NCBI GenBank assembly: GCA_002269645.1
Contig: NIVC01002468.1
Span: 1-64,000 of the forward strand
Direction of reading: 5' to 3'
DNA length: 64,000 nt
From: Macrostomum lignano
Lineage: Eukaryota
Position 1 is the first letter of the stretch. Each line of letters starts with the position of its first letter. This document shows positions 23,108 to 36,600 of the stretch, piece by piece. The notes under the pieces were generated by a model. That model did not search any database and had not been told where the DNA came from. It saw only the letters and a list, made by a program, of their open reading frames with translations. A program made the translations under genes and the position numbers.

Positions 23108-26100
23108 ATGTCTTCCGGACTCGACTTCCGACTGGGGGAGATGCCGCTGTGCTACCCCGATGTCGAACAGTATTTCAAGCGCCTCGGTTTTTACATTAGC
23201 GCAACGGAAAAGAATGACCAGAGCAAAGCCGTTCTACTTGCTACTTGTGGAGATGCCGCATTTTCACTGATTGAGACACTTGTGCAGCCAGAAGACATTT
23301 TAAACGATACAAAGTGTACGTTCGATTTCATCAAAGAAGCGGTACTGAGCCACTTGAAACCCAAGCGCCTTCTTCACTACGACAGACATCTGCTACATAC
23401 CATGGTCTAAATACAGGGTGAGTCGGTGACAAAGTTTTTGGAGAGACTGAAGACACAGGCCAACAAATGCGAATTCGGCAACCTGCGAGAAGAGTTAATT
23501 CTTTCTCAGTATATTTTCGGACTGGCTGATAATTCTCTGAATCAAAAATTACTAGTGAAGGAAAAGCTGGATCTAGAGACTGCGGTTAAGGATAGTCTCT
23601 TATCGGAGTCCGTATCTCAAGCCACTGATTTGAGCAAAACCGTCGCAGCAGTGCAGAAAACCACTCACAAGAAGACCGGCAGCAACCAAAAGTATCCAAC
23701 GGTATCCAGGCCAATGCCAACAACGCCGAATCATTCTAAGTCTAGCTGCCATTCCTGTGGTAACCCGGGTCATCTTAGAAATACCTGCAAGTTCCGTAAT
23801 GCGACATGTCACAAGTGCGGAAAAACCGGGCACATTGCCAGAGCATGCAGGTCCAACATCGGTGGCAGCAAGAAAGTCACGTACGCGGAAGTTGAAGCAA
23901 CCGACGCTGATCCACCTGATTCAGCTGTGTACTCGGTGATCAAGGCTACTCCATGCGACGAACTCTGGAAAATAGTCTGCACGATCGGTGATTCCACAGT
24001 CCATATGTGCGTCGACTCTGGTAGTCAGGTAACAATTTTGCCAGTAACCATCGTAGAGCAAGCCGGATTGCACATGGTTGACGCGGACATTCGATCACTC
24101 AAAGTTTTCGGGGGAGCTTCAGTTTCCGTACGAGGCATGGCTAAGGACGTCACAATTGAGCTGAGAAACGGCAAAACGGCATGCGGAGACATATATGTCG
24201 GGGACCCATCTAGTCAAGCCATTTTGGGAATAAATGTTATTCGTGCCTTCAACCTATTGACGGTAGACGAATTTCTGTGCCATCCAGTGCAGTGTGATGA
24301 AAATTCAAGATTCCAGGCCAGCTTTCGCCTGAAGGACGGGGCCTCTACCGATGGAATGTGCTTTCCTGCCAGATCCCTTCCGTTCTCAATTAAAACTTTG
24401 GTTGAACTGGAGCTGAAAAGACTGGAAAGTGCAGGTATCATCTACCCAGTTCACTCGCCTAAGGTATCGTGCCCTATTGTTCCTGTGTTGAAACCAGAAG
24501 GATCAAAGAGACCCATTAGACTGTGTGGAGACTATTCAGTCACTCTCAACAGACTGATAGACCGAGATCGATATCGACTGCCAACTTTGAAATAAATCCT
24601 TCAAAAGATCCCAAATTCGAAAGTGTATTCAGTGCTCGACCTCGAAGACGCATTCTTGCAGATTCCCCTAACGCCAGAAAGTCTAGATCTTACGTGTATA
24701 TCCACCCACGTAGGACATTTTGCCTTCCGCAAGTTACAATTTGGGATATCGGCAGCACCACTGATATTTCAGGAAGTTATGGATATCTTGCTCAAAGGAA
24801 TACCAGGCACTGCTTCTTATCAGGACGACATCATTCTAGGCACTGAAATAGTGGAGTAGCATCGACAGATCCTGGTGCAAGTCAAGGAAAAACTGAAAAA
24901 GCATGGATTCAAGATCAATGAGCGTAAGACTCAGGAGTGCAAGAAAGAAGTCACATTTCTGGGATTTCTCCTCCGAGATGGGAAACTTTTGCCTGATCCT
25001 GCAAGAGTGGAAGCTCTATCCAACTTGTCAGAGCCAAAAGACCGGGATCAATTGAGAAGTGCTATATGCACCTTAAGACACTACGGGATTTTTTGTCGGA
25101 ACTTTTCTTTGATCGCCAAGCCGCTCTATTACCTCCTAAAGAAAGGGGTTCAGTGGAAATGGACTGTCGTTCACTCAAGTGCGTTCTCCCAACTGAAAGC
25201 TGCTGTAACGGAAGGTCGAATCGTTTCTTATGATATAAAAAGGCCGTTGTTTCTAACCTGCGACGCTTCTCAGAGTGGAGTCGGATTTGTGCTGTCCCAC
25301 GACACGAACCAAAAAGAAGTTGTATGGCTGGGAAGCAGAGTTTTGACCAAGGCTGAGGCCAACTACGCCAACATTGCGCGGGAGGCTCTTGCAATTATCG
25401 AGGGTGTAAAATATTTTCATCAATTTCTGGCAGGCCGTCATTTTACAATCATCTCTGATCACAGACCTTTGCAGTACATCTTCTCTACAACGAAAGTTCC
25501 TGACCGAGTTTCTGCGAGACTCCAGAGATGGGCATTGCTGCTCAGATCCTATGACTACACTGTCACTTACTCAAAAGGAGACACCATGCTCGCAGCAGAT
25601 ACTCTGTCCAGAATTCCTTCAACAAACGCTTCTACTTCGTTTTCAAATTTTGATGTCAATCTGCTGGAGGTAAACTCTCTCGTAGAATTTTCTTCTTCTG
25701 GGACAATTCTTCGGCGTGTCGCCAACACCAGAGACCCTGAAATTGATACCATCAAGAAGTTTGTTACTCAAGGTTGGCCAAGCTACATTTCTAAACAGCT
25801 GCTTCCGTACACCAAATCCAAGGCGGAATACTCCATTCAAAACGGGATTCTGTTCAAAGGGATCCGAATCGTGCCTCCAAAGTCCATGCGCAGAGAAATT
25901 CTTCAAATTCTTCACGAGAATCATCCGGGCATTGTGCGCATGATCAGACTAGCTCGAGAGTACTTCTGGTGGCCTTACATTGACGCCCAGATCAATAGCT
26001 TCGTTCAAAGGTGTCCTTCCTGCCAACTAAATTCGAGAAAGCGAACAAATGCAAATCTGCATTCATGGGAGGATGCAAAGTTTTTCTTCGAACGTGTTCA

Positions 26101-26899
26101 TCTGGACATAGCATATTTCAAGGAGAAACACTTCTTGGTTCTCATCGACTCCTTCTCTCGGTGGATTGATGTACATCAGCTGTCAAATCTCACAGCCAAC
26201 TCTCTTATTCCAGCATGCAGACGAACATTTAAGTACATGGGACTTCCAACGTGCATTGTGACTGACAATGAAACCAATTTTCGATCAAAAGAGTTCGCAG
26301 AATTTCTCAAGAAGAATCTAATTAACCATGTCCTAACACCACCTGGTCATCACCAGTCAAATGGGATTGTGGAAAGAGCTATCCAAGAGTTGAATGCGAC
26401 TCTGAAGCAGAACAGTAATGACATAGGTTCCGAATGTGAGAAGGTGTTGATATCATTCTGCCTTTCGAAGAACACTACACCGAATTCCGAAGGAGCGATT
26501 CCTGCTGCACAACTGTTTATGCGACGCCCAAGAACGCGCCTCACTGCAACCTTTACAGAATGGGACAAACCGCTAACTACCCCAATTCCTGTCTACATCA
26601 ACGTAGAAGGAAAGTCAGACAAGGTCCCAGAAGAAATCCAAGGACTTCATGGATCAAATACCTATTTGGAAAGCAAAGGACGGGTTGTCCATGCATCTGA
26701 TGCAACGCCAAGGTCTACAGAGAACTCACAAGAGATTACCTCGCCTAGACCTGCCCATGTTGGCAGCAGCAAGGAGAAGGAAATGGAGACTGCGACTCCT
26801 GCTGAAGTGGAGACAACCAGCGATCAAAGTCCCGAGTACCAAGTTTCTCGTCGAAGTCAGAGGCTCCGAAAAGCCCCTGATCGGCTGACCTATTCCTGA
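23108..26899 (+). pseudogene. Gypsy gag-pol in a single frame with three premature stops
   Basis: Two CCHC knuckles (CHSCGNPGHLRNTC, CHKCGKTGHIARAC), protease VDSGS, RT YQDD, RNase H DAS..SDHRPL, and integrase HHCC plus D(HLD)-D(TDN)-E(VER). In-frame stops at 23408-23410, 24593-24595 and 24857-24859; no frameshift. Confidence 0.95.
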
Positions 26900-26971
26900 T
26901 TTATTTGATCGTTAGACAAAATAGAAAACAGTCATTTATTTCTCTCCAGGTTAATTGCTAAAATGTGGGGG

Positions 26972-27139
26972 TGTTGTGTATGAACTTAAGTTCTATGGTT
27001 TATGGGCGAAGCCTTATTCATATTTTAAGTATAGCAGCCAGCTACTTCGCTGCTGGAAAATATACGCGCTGCATGCATCTACGATCTCTTCCTAACTCGG
27101 CACCTTGCATTCGTCTTCGTTACTACGAAAAGTACAACA
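26972..27139 (+). repeat. 3' LTR
   Basis: Preceded by the purine-rich AAAATGTGGGGG and followed by the TSD CTTTC. Confidence 0.97.
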
Positions 27140-27694
27140 CTTTCAGAGACATATCTCGTTGCAAATCGGTTGCCCTCCGTTCTGTCTTTTGTATGGTATA
27201 GGAGAGGAGACCAAGGAGCATCACGACACCCTCACTGCCCTTACTTCAATAAGGCGCGGCACAAGCATCTCGGCTACCCCCAGCGGATGGACTGGCTGAC
27301 CACCCTAGACAACATCCGTGATTTTCGCCCCTTCGTCAGAGACAGGCCTGATGAAGATTGCCGATTCCTCCCCTGCAAACATGCCATTTACTGGCGGGGG
27401 CTGGGTGCGCCCCCAAGATTAGGCCTTGGCTTCTTCTACCTCAGGGGTTGCAATAGGAGCCTCGCGGCCTAACCCGCCAGTAGTAAGTAAATTTGCTCCT
27501 CTCCAAGGCGGCGTGTTTAGTATACGGGCGTATTTTTCCTCCAGTGCCCTGAAGTGGACTGGATCGTTGTGTTTATTACACTTCAACCCTCTTAGCTGGG
27601 ACTACTATAATTGATGCACCGAACTGACACACTTTGTTTTCCATATTATTAATACGAGTACACAATATGATCAGTAAAAATAAATTAGCAATCA

Positions 27695-30600
27695 TCAACT
27701 CACCAGCCACTTTGTGCTGCGCACAGTCAGTACCGAGTCTGGCTCGCCTGCAATGTCACTATAAGAGACGTAGAAGCTCAGATAAGAAGCCGCAGTCCTG
27801 TTCACCACGATTCTGTTCACGTGGAAGAAGGAGCGGAAGCTGATGCGCATTGAGTTTGTCTCGGTCATAGCTTTTCCTATGTCAGCGATTTCGGTTGCAT
27901 CTGCAATAGAAATTATTTGGGAGGGCGTCTTTGTTGTCGTAAGATACCTTGACACAAAGACCTTGGGCTTTCCATTTTAACTCACTTGGATCTTGAGGAT
28001 AGCCTACTAAGTCTAGCTTGATTTGCCTATAGTAGCAGCAGTTATAAAGGTGTATTTTGAGCAACTTCGCCAGAATAGAGCGCTGAAAATTGACTCGCAT
28101 AACGTTAACGTCGTCGTATGTTGCATCGAGTGTTATCTGAAAAAAATTACCCGTGCTTCTACTTAGCGTTCGGACGTTTAACATCTGTAGCGACTCTTCG
28201 GTTTGCTTGACTATTTATATAAAAAAGCCAGCTACGTGCATATAATTTCAATTTAATCAAATCATGCAGTATTTGCACTAACGCTTCTATTGTTCACCGA
28301 TTTTACGAGCTAGTATAGTTCTAATCTAATTAGTAATATAAGCTATTAATATAGCTGCCAAGTCTTGGACGGGAAATCCTAATGTGAATTCCCAGTCCCA
28401 ATCCATATACTAAAAATAAATTTTTCCTAATCCTCTATAAGAACTTATTTAAAAAAATGACAATCAGGCAGTCTTAAAGCGTAAGATGTTCATTTAAGTT
28501 TTCTTGAAAGAGCAGAAAGGAAAAAATCGTTATAGGTTTAAAATTTAAGATTCGTCTACGGTAAATAACGCATAACATAAGAGTAAACTGTTTTTGCAAC
28601 AGTCCCTCGTTCCACTAAGCCAAGAGACAATAGTATTATGTCTTATTGTCTGCTAGCGTTGTTGGGAAGGTTGTCTTTACAATCAATCAATCAATTTTCT
28701 TTCTAAATTTGACTTTTTTAATTGAATAAGTATTTTTTTAATTAAGCCGTTTTGTTTTACTTTATTCAATTAATTTTCCTTGTGTGCTTCTCGGGTCACA
28801 TTCTACCTTATTTTACCCATGAAGCATGTTTACGGTGCCCTTTCCAGTACGTTAACGAAATACTCCAGACGATTTCTGTTGCTATCCGGGCTGTACTGCA
28901 GTCGCATGCTGCGGCATCTGCCACGCAGATAATGCCAGCCGTAATGACCGTACCACTGATAGCTCCCTCTCGCCAGTGCACCGGTCAGTACGAATGCTTG
29001 CGGCAAGTAAATATACAAATTGCTATTTAAAAAGCTCTCATGAAAGCTCTCGTCACCGGGAAATTCAATCGGCACTGAGTAAGCATCCGAGCAGTAGTCA
29101 TAAAATGAATTTCCATTGTGAGTAATTCCAGTTGATGGATATCGTGTGCCAAGACCGGTGGCTACGTCATAGGCTTTGGGAAGATAATCAGCCTCTGTGG
29201 ATTCTGGAAATACAATCGATGCAGTTGTTAATAAATTCATACCACATACCTTGACCCAATTATTTACGATTTTAGCTCGTAGCCAAACTTACCAAGAAGC
29301 GATCCGTAGACTTCCAACTCGGCAATCTTTAGAGGCACGCCGGTACACAAGCTGCTATCTTCGCAACACCGACTAGCCTTGCCAACTGAATGCAAAATAA
29401 TAGCATGATATTTAGCTCAAATTACCTGCAACTTCCTGTAAAATGAGGTACAAAACAACAATTCAAAGCACATACTTGTCCAATGTTGCTTCTCCAAGGA
29501 TGTTTCATTACTTCGTGAAGGTTTTCCGCTACAATAATTCGATCTGTAAGCGAATGCCTTGATTGGTTGCTGATAAAGATGGCCACGTTTACGTTTGGCT
29601 CTCGGGAAACATCGTCTAAAATTACCATCGAAATATTGAAACGAAATTAGCTTCACCTTCATGGTACAATGAAGTTTGGCAACCCAATTGCTGCCCGCCT
29701 TCAGTCGGTGCTCACATATTGAGTCCTCTTTCAGCTCTGTTACAAGCTATTGTTTATCTTTCTGCTAGTATTACCCCTGGCAGCGTAGTCTCTAAGCCAA
29801 GAATTGTGACCCTAATACCTTAAGTATGATTTACTTTTGATTATATCTTTTATTTATTTCAGTTTAACAAAAGTGTGAGTTGTTCATGAAATTAACAGTA
29901 ACTTAAGTACTAACTTGCGACACTGGCGTGGTACGGCCAAACAAGAACAAATTCAACATAGCACAGGGCCTCAAAGTCGATGGCAATCCATGGTAGGCTA
30001 CCAGAGTCGCTCCAAATTTTACGATCGTATGCACCATTTCTCTCGCCATCATTGATTCGTCCCGCTGCTGCTGTGTTGCTGGCAACCACTTGGCGATATC
30101 GGTGTATTTGTAGGGCCGGCGGATTGTAGACTGTTCGGTCTGTAATCGATTATAGCGAGAAATAACAAATACATTACCTTTTAAAAGCTCGTTTCACAAG
30201 CTCAAACAAGAAATTGCAATTGTACCACTTGAGGAAATCAAAGTTAAGAGCCAGATAATAAATTACTAAATGATAATAAATGATAATAATAAATAATAAA
30301 TGATAATAAATGATAATAATAGATAATAAATGATAATAAATTACACCTGCCTTATTGGCCAGATGTACAACCGACAGCTCAGCCGCAGCTATTGCGCGGC
30401 GCATAGAAGGCTGCGTACGGCTGTTCAGTCCAAGGACTGGTGGTCGCCAAATACACCCTCCACACATACCCCAGCTAATGCTGGCACCCATTTTACAGCT
30501 GGGTGAACTGAAGCAATGCAGAGTTTTGCGTTTTGTTCAAGGACACAAATCGCTTCGAGTGGTTCGAGAATCGAATCCCCGACCTTTCAGCTGGGATTCC

Positions 30601-33600
30601 GACGCTCTAAAACACTAGGCTACAACCCCCTTTTATTTTTGAGCAGAGTAGCTCAGTTTAAAACGAGTCTGATTTTCGTCCCACTAAACCATGGTTCCAT
30701 TCCGTGCGTGGCCACTTTCTGGATCTAGTCCATGAAAACTGACGCGGGGTTGTGGACGGCCAACCCCACCCCCCCCCCCCCAAACACAGAGAGTGCACAT
30801 GTCTGATAATTAGAAAGTCAGGACCGCTGTACACCCTGTGCGAGCTGCGAGCATGAGTGCGTGCCTGCGTACAGTATTGGCGCTTGTATTGCTCAGGAGT
30901 CAGTGCTGGTTGTAGGACGATGTCTCCGAAGGCGCTAATCCAGGGTGTCCAAAGTTCTCTGTGTCTATTTATGAGCGCATATATGTTGTTATGTTTTATT
31001 CCGCTGATAAATTTTTAGAGTATCATGCATTCATAGAATGCTACTGTAAGTAGAGTAAATGCAAACATGCGCAGAAATACTTAAACTATGAATCATGTTA
31101 CTCTATATATAATGAGAAGATGAATCATGTTACTATCTATATTTTGAAAAATTTGTGTATAAATATGAGTACAAGCGAAAGATCCGAGCTGAAATCTCAG
31201 ACTCGGAGCGGCCTCAAGAGATCTTGAGCTTTGTTAGAGCAGCCAAACGAGGCTACATCTCCCAGGGAGAAGTAAACCAATTGGTAAGCCTTTGTCGAAC
31301 TCTTTGATATCTGATTATTGAGAGTTGTCTTATTGCCGGCCGTTATCGTTTAGTTGGTTTTCATTGAGTTATTGAACTTGAGGCCTCCCTATTTTTAAGG
31401 GATTGGATAGGATCTGAGGAACGATTTTAATACGATGGATTGATTGATTTTGGTACCCTAGAGTAACAGATAAGGGCACACGACTCTGATTCTGTCTGCT
31501 AGTTCTAGAAGAAGACGCCTTTTTGGAGGACCTCGTTATTGTTACAGAGTTGACTTTATTACTAGGGCAAATCTCTGATTTTTATCACTGATTCTTCCGA
31601 AGAATACATTGACGTCGACGGATTGAATTGTTACGTTCATTAAAGTGTTCATACTCGGCCGACTTCAGAATTCAAGAAACTCCGAAGGAAGACTACATTG
31701 AGAAGACGAGCTCTACGGACCTGCCCGACAAAGAAGAGGAGCCCGCGATAGTAAGTAATCACTAAATTCTGTTCCCAGACTTGCGATCTGGAAGTGGGGG
31801 TTTTCGAGTGACTGATCACCACTCCTAAACTCCTAAATTTCTCTCACCTGAAAGACAGCCATACAGCATCCAGCGGGATTCCCATCGGTTTCTGTATCCG
31901 CCTCGATGCAGCCTGAAGCTCCTAGCAACCAGCTCTGGTATGAAGCTGACGAACGAAGCAAACCGTGGCTTTGCTCCGGCTTTTTGAATCTGCATTGCAT
32001 GTCAAATGTGTGACATCACATTCTTACTGTGGAAAATCTTTTATAGCCTTTGGCACTCCTTCAGGTCATGCATTTTAATTTTATATTCGTAACTAGCGTA
32101 TTAGCTACAAGGGCGAAGTAAAGTAACGTATTTTACTTAATTAGTCCTTGATTAGCTCATGCCTAGAAGTGATCAATAAAAAAGTCTTTTAAATAAATTT
32201 TTATTCTGTACAGAACAATAAAGTTTTAAATTATTGTTCTGTACAGAACAGACCTTAAGTACAGACTTAAATAATTTTTAAGTCTGTACAGAAAAACGTA
32301 CACACCAGCTCTTCCCGACCCTCTCAGTTCAGACCCAGTTAACAAGTAATTTAAAAATTACGATATAAAATTTGACCCAATGATTTTATATTGTAGTTTT
32401 TTACTGTGAAACTCTTGCCACCTTTTCTATCAAAAAATCTCATCGATTCTTATCGCCTTCGACCTGTGAGTAATTTCAATTGCTTTTGATGCCTTCCTAG
32501 GTCCAAAAACTCATCCAATGCTCTACTTTCGATACAGGGAGATGTACACTTCTTTTCTAGCACGAATCGACCCATTAAACTCACCACCGGACTGTACGGT
32601 GAGTAGGAGATGCCGTCTGTAGAGTAATAGACATACAAATCGTAGTTGATTTGAAAGTACGATGGATCAGTCCCAGCTCGATCTGTTCCTGGTTGAACAG
32701 CCATGACAAACACATTGACCATTTCGGAGAAGGTTGCCTAAAAAGTAAATCGATGCAGAAGAGTCTACAAAATGACATTCACCTCAAAGTTTTAGGAAGA
32801 AAAAACTGTTAAAATTCACCTGAATGTACTCCCTGAAGTCACAATAAGAGTTAATATTTCCAGGCGCCCACATTCCGAGTTGTCGATCGTCTATAAAAAC
32901 ACAAAGTGTAGCACTCTAGGCAGTTGAAAACTGGCTGATACCATCAATTAGAAAGTCAGGATTAAGGTAATACTTTTTGCAACTTTAGAGTTTTGCTTTA
33001 AAATTTTTTTACAAAAACGACACTCACTCGGTATGTCGAACAGAACGTGCGCCCTGGTGCCGTCCGAGCCGCTCCCCAGAGTCGTGTAGCCGACAGTTTT
33101 CACGTCAACCGCGTGACTAGCGTTAGTTACAAACAGATCGACTAAGAGTGCATCGCTGATGCTGATGTTGAGTCTCGTCTGAGTCCAGGACAGCTTAACT
33201 AGCAGGTAGTCATCGGTGATAGCAGAGATTGTGTTGTTGATGATCACCTGCATAACGGCTAGATTTGTCTGGGTGACCGAGTCACCTAAGCGGATTGAGC
33301 AGTCAGTAGCGACAACGGAGGAGCCGTTGCCTTCGAGTGAGATTTCCCAGCGCAACTGCAAAATTGAAAAAAGGCAAAAGGACGACTTTTATTTCAAAGT
33401 TAAAATTTAGCAGTATCGCTATCTTTAAAAGCAACAAAACTACTTATTAAATAATTCTTCGTACAATCTAGCAAGCATACATTATTGAGTATGTCAGCGT
33501 GTTCGTAGTGCTCTGTCAGCCACAGCTTGATCCCCGTCCTCCTCAGCCGAGCCTGCAGCGTCAAAACTTGATCTCTGGTGGCGTTTCTCATCACAATGGC

Positions 33601-36600
33601 AGGGACTCGGCGAATCAGATATGGAAACGTGCGAACCTCTTCAAATTTTTCTATAAGGTTATACGATTTTCAGGTATTTAATGGTTAATAAGTAAACTAT
33701 TATGAGGATTACAGGTAATGGTAAAATATATCCAATATTATAGCTTACAAACTCGATGTTACCTGAATGCAACTTTGTTTAACTGATATCTTGACACCAT
33801 GCATTGTTCGACCCCCCCCCCTAGCCTGGCCGTCAATGATTCTACACGGTATTTGTTATTTGAAATCACCTTGACCAGGCAGTACGCATGGTGAATGAAT
33901 AAACGATGAAATGTAGACAAAAATGAACAATTCGTTCTATTCGAATGTGTTTTGCATACGATACTGAACCAAAATTTATATTACAGTAAAATTATTGTGA
34001 TTTTGCTCACCTTCTTCAGCTTGAATTTTCAAGTTTCGGATACCCATTTTTCCCGTTGAAACGCCCTGCAAAAAGACAATATATCGACCGCAGAGACGGC
34101 TAAGGCATCGCATCTGCAGTGACGAGGGCGCACTCATAGGTAGGTTGAATCTGTAGCACTCAGGCCAGGATTCAAACGCCAGGTCTTTCAGACTGGAGTT
34201 CCAATTGTTTCCAACTTTTACAGAGAAATTGTTGGTCGCTGAAGATTGAAGTTTTTATTAAAGCTGATAAATTTGATCTATATTCTAATGACAAAAGCTT
34301 ATTTTTTTAGATAAGAGAGACTTCTACATAACGGAAAGGAAATCAATTTCAGTAAAACATATAGCCTATATTTAGCTACACATTGACTAAAATATCTGTT
34401 AATGGATCGATCGACTTCACAACCGATGTAACCATGTACGATGTACCTAGTAGCTGGCGATAAACTTCTTTCCGATTTCATTTATATTAATACATTTTAT
34501 ATTAAACTAGGAAACTCGAATGAATTCTCTTGATGTAAACTACATGTACGTACACAATAAGCAAAACAAAAGTTTTCTGAATATATATTTTTGAAGAGTG
34601 ATGGCCAACGGCGTTGCCAGGGGGTGGGGAGAAGTGACCCGCGACCCCCAATAGGCTTGACTCCCTTGATCACAACATTAGCAGCTTCCCAACAACTATT
34701 TTGGCGCCACCGTGGCTGGCTAACATATTATTCCCTAAAAAAACATAACGATGGAAAACTCACTTAGTAAAAGGTCCGCGTGAATGTATCCAATGCAGTG
34801 GCTGGATTTTAAATCAACGAGAAGTCGCCAATAGTGCTTTGGCGTTGCAGAAGATATACCGTTAGTGTACAAATAAACGTACTCCATATTTTCGCTAGGA
34901 TTGGATATAATGACATCGTTGAAGTAAAATGTTTTTTGATAAGTAACGGAAAACACTTGCGTTGCGGCACTTGATCCCGATGGCGGGTAGTAAAAATGAG
35001 CTAAAAAGCGAAATAATTTCTGTAATAAATGACAATTTTATTGCTAAAAAAACTCTTAGAATGACGTCATCTTACAGCACAAAAAGTCGTCCCTGGACTT
35101 ATGGCAGGTTTGAGTGTCACCTGAATTAGTAACTTGGCACGTTGTTAAACCTCCAGTTGAAACTGAAAGTAGAATAATGAGATTAGGACACAATATTTGG
35201 TGACTCACTTTACTGCTAAAATTAAACCAAATTAAGCCAAAGCAAGTCAGCTCTCCGGCCAGTCTCACCAGTGATGCAGGATCTATTGAATCTTGAGTAC
35301 CGTCCGTTCCAAGGCACGCATGCTCGTCCATAGTCGGTCATCGTAATCCCATAGTCGTAGAAATTTGAATCTCCTCCAACTACCGTGCACTTTAAGTGAT
35401 CTGTACAGTTCAGTTATTCATATTGGCTTAGAAATAAGTCGGAGCTAAAGTCAATGAATTTTTCGCATAAAGATATAGATTAGCTACCTTCATATTTCAG
35501 AGCCGCACCAATCAAAGCACCATCAGGACTTCGTCGATAGTTGCTGCTGGAGGCCGACACTTCCACATCAAGCTTGCCGGCGATGCCTTTCAGCAGAGGC
35601 TGTAGACAGTCTAAATGGCGACGATGGCAAAGTCGAAATTCCAATTAACTTCAACTTTGATTTTATTAATAATTTTGTCATTGAACGCAAAAAATAAAAG
35701 TATATAATATACACTATTAATGATGTCCATGAACTTGTTTATTTAGTCCATCTATGTTTCAATGCAAGATACATGTTTCTGTATCATACGTTGAGAAAAT
35801 GAAAAATCTATTTACGAGTAGTTCGCGCCACTATTGCAATAGCTCAATAACCAAATTAATGAAATTGTTGCACATAAGCTCTCACCTTGCTTCACTTGCA
35901 GTGGGTGGTATGTGACGTAATTCGACCTCCCGGAATGACAGTCACTCGGTAAACTTGTAATAAAGGTGCAGATGGAAGCACACGCAGCTACCTTACTACT
36001 TTGGCTATCTAAATTCAGCAGATGAATGGCCTGAAACAGCCCGCCTACATCGCTGATATCATCATCCAACCCAATGCTGCAGCTGTCCCCAGAGCTCAGT
36101 TGGACGGTGTGCCACTCGCTTTTCGATGCTGAAATGTGCAAAGAAAAACGGTAGAAAATATTAACAACATTATTAATAAATGCCATCAGTTTGAGCACTT
36201 ACGTGTGTACTTGTCGATCTGGCAGATGAATTTCAGCTGCAGGCCGCAGGTGACGTCCACCATGGCTCCGGTGAAAGTGTCCAGCGCGGCACAGTTGGGC
36301 GCGGGCCGGCCCATGTAGAAGGCGCCAACCTCAGGCTGGGTGCCGTCACCCCAGACCCACTGGTTGTTGCTGGCGTTACGCTTGAGACCCGTGTGAAAAT
36401 AACTGAAGTAACTTCTCTCACTCCCTGAGTACCTGTCATAATTTTTACGATTTCTACTTTTACATGTAGTTTCAAAATAAAGCGACTTGGTTCAAAAGAA
36501 AAAAAGGAAGAACGGAATCACTTACTTTAAAGCAAATAACTTTCCGGTGTACCCTTGCTATTTTTTCTTTCTCTTAATGGCGACACAAACACAAGATTTT

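Larger units (their letters stand above)
22878..27139 (+). mobile_element. Full-length Ty3/Gypsy LTR retrotransposon (Mag-like), antisense in an intron of the PKD1-like gene
   Basis: 168-bp TG..CA LTRs (22878-23045, 26972-27139) with one mismatch; 5-bp TSD CTTTC; PBS TGGCGACGAGG; PPT before the 3' LTR; gag-PR-RT-RH-IN order. Confidence 0.97.
22858..27490 (+). mobile_element. 5'-truncated non-LTR retrotransposon (I/R1/Loa-like) 3' end, split by the Gypsy insertion
   Basis: Joining 22858-22877 to 27145 onward gives [27 protein letters not shown] and, after a shift, [14 protein letters not shown]. This is the C-terminal GH..H..C..C..ET.EH..C zinc-knuckle motif of LINE ORF2. Short AGTAGTAAGTAA tail. 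Confidence 0.6.

Noticed and set aside
31140-31800. Possible solo LTR or 5' end of an LTR element
   Set aside because: LTR-like composition, but I could not identify TG..CA ends with a TSD or a second copy.
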